NCBI GenBank assembly: GCA_965539975.1
Contig: CBETWA010000002.1
Location: 24,244 to 88,243, forward strand
Direction of reading: 5' to 3'
Source of the DNA: an uncultured bacterium
GTDB lineage: Bacteria; Bacillota; Desulfotomaculia; Desulfotomaculales; Desulfallaceae
Length of the DNA: 64,000 bases
Position 1 is the first letter of the stretch; each line of letters opens with the position of its first letter. Both the position numbers and the translations under genes were made by a program. Positions 63,093 through 64,000 of this stretch are shown here, piece after piece. The notes beneath the pieces are model-generated. The model did no database searches, was not told the origin of the DNA, and saw nothing but the letters and a program-made list of their open reading frames with translations.

Positions 63093-63195
63093 CACTGCAA
63101 TGCCTATTTTTAGTTTTCCTCCTAGCCACTGGCGTCAAGCCGGGCTTCTCCGGCTTTTTCCTCCGGTGCTTTTTCTATAGACCCCCATACCGTGT

Positions 63196-63460
63196 AGCGG
63201 CACCAGCAAAGAATGAAAATACTAGTGGGTATACCTGTTCCGGTCGAGCGATTTGCGGGAGCGCCGGTAACGGCACCCGGCGCAGCGAGGTTACGAAACC
63301 GGACGAGCGGCCAGGACGGCCGCGAGAGCCATAATCCGAACCATGGATGGTGAGTTTATGGCGGTCCGGTTTCGTCCGAAGCAAGCCTTGGTGCCGTCGG
63401 CGCGGGAGTATATGAGCGAGACGGAACAGGTATACCCATAATAAAAAGCGTTTTCCTGGT
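63196..63460 (+). repeat. Structured multicopy element, copy R5 (short form lacking two internal modules)
   Basis: The core runs from 63227 GGGTATACCTGTTCCGG to CGGAACAGGTATACCC at 63437. It keeps the termini, the GUAA hairpin, the AAACCGGAC/GUCCGGUUU helix and the GGUGCCGUCGGCGC arm. It lacks the 14-bp hairpin module and the ~110-nt 3' module. Confidence 0.8.
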
Positions 63461-63701
63461 GACATCCCCGTCTTCACCATATCCCGGCATGTAACCTTTG
63501 CAGCCGGGCGCGTAACCTGTTCAATCATTCCCATGACTGCTCAGCGACATGTCGAAGTGGGCGCACCTTCGCCCCTGCACTGGTATTTACTAACATAGTA
63601 TTTTATTCCAATCCAATGGGTTACGAGGGAGCCATATTTATGTTGTTGTTTACTTCCTTGCAAGTACAACTTCTGCCGCTTAAGTACTTGTCTTTCCAGA
63701 T

Positions 63702-64000
63702 TCACATCCCGGCTTTGCCGTATGCCCGTTCCAACAAACCCGCCAGTTCATCTATCAACGGCATCCGCGGGTTGGTAGTAGTGGACTGGTCGGCAAAGGC
63801 TTTTTCGGCCATTTCGGGTATTTTTTTGCGGAACAGTTCCCCGTCCACCCCGCACTCAGCAAAAGTGGCGGGTATATTTAAACTGGCCCTCAGTTCTTCC
63901 ACCGCCCGGATCAGGCTGTTAACACCCTCTTCCACCGTGTTGGCCGGCAGCCCGAGAAAAGCCGCCAGCCGCCTGTATTTTTCCGGCGCGTGAAAATACT
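63702..64000 (-). CDS. Iron-containing alcohol dehydrogenase, C-terminal part (gene continues beyond the window end)
   Basis: The frame is open to position 64000. The sequence ...YFHAPEKYRRLAAFLGLPANTVEEGVNSLIRAVEELRASLNIPATFAECGVD...ADQSTTTNPR is a typical Fe-ADH C-terminus. Confidence 0.7.
   Translation of the reverse strand, partial: YFHAPEKYRRLAAFLGLPANTVEEGVNSLIRAVEELRASLNIPATFAECGVDGELFRKKIPEMAEKAFADQSTTTNPRMPLIDELAGLLERAYGKAGM

Overview
The window is about 64 kb of chromosome. Gene content and sequence style suggest an anaerobic, moderately GC-rich Firmicute, probably of the Desulfotomaculum/Pelotomaculum (Peptococcaceae) type; that assignment is inference only. All calls come from reading the ORF track and the sequence by eye. 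No searches or computations were run, and non-CDS coordinates may be off by 1-2 nt.

Gene content from left to right:
- a wHTH regulator with a MacB-type ABC exporter (ATPase, FtsX permease, HlyD adaptor)
- a decayed RAYT/IS200-like transposase
- a two-component system
- a visibly AT-rich island carrying poly-gamma-glutamate synthase genes pgsB and pgsC (no pgsA), two PghP-like hydrolases, an IS481 insertion and an NlpC/P60 remnant
- a LysR regulator
- a tatA-tatC-[FeFe]hydrogenase-FeS-NrfD operon for a periplasm-facing hydrogenase
- the divergent maturation operon (TM1266-like regulator, hydF, hydE, hydG)
- a DUF2889 / DUF2889-PHP / DUF169-CoaE cluster
- a LysM protein, an SRAP peptidase, leuB and a quinone-reductase-like flavoprotein
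- an SOS-boxed Y-family polymerase with a YolD-like partner
- a TauE-like permease pair, IS1634, a DASS permease and a CBS protein
- a nickel/peptide-type ABC importer with TsaA-like and FmdE genes
- tautomerase, HPP, Usp, DUF362 and HdrD-like genes
- an SbcD/SbcC-like pair
- a double-cubane-type dehydratase homologue with its activase
- a TPP enzyme, a Cu/Zn SOD and a partial Fe-ADH

Most notable observations:
1. A tRNA-Sec-shaped tRNA carrying a Cys (GCA) anticodon and U73.
2. A multicopy, about 0.4-kb, highly structured intergenic element with long terminal inverted repeats and compensatory stem changes. It occurs at five loci plus one solo end.
3. A pgsA-less PGA island containing a PghP paralog with a degenerate metal site.
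4. A Ser in place of the second Cys in the hydrogenase H-cluster L1 motif.
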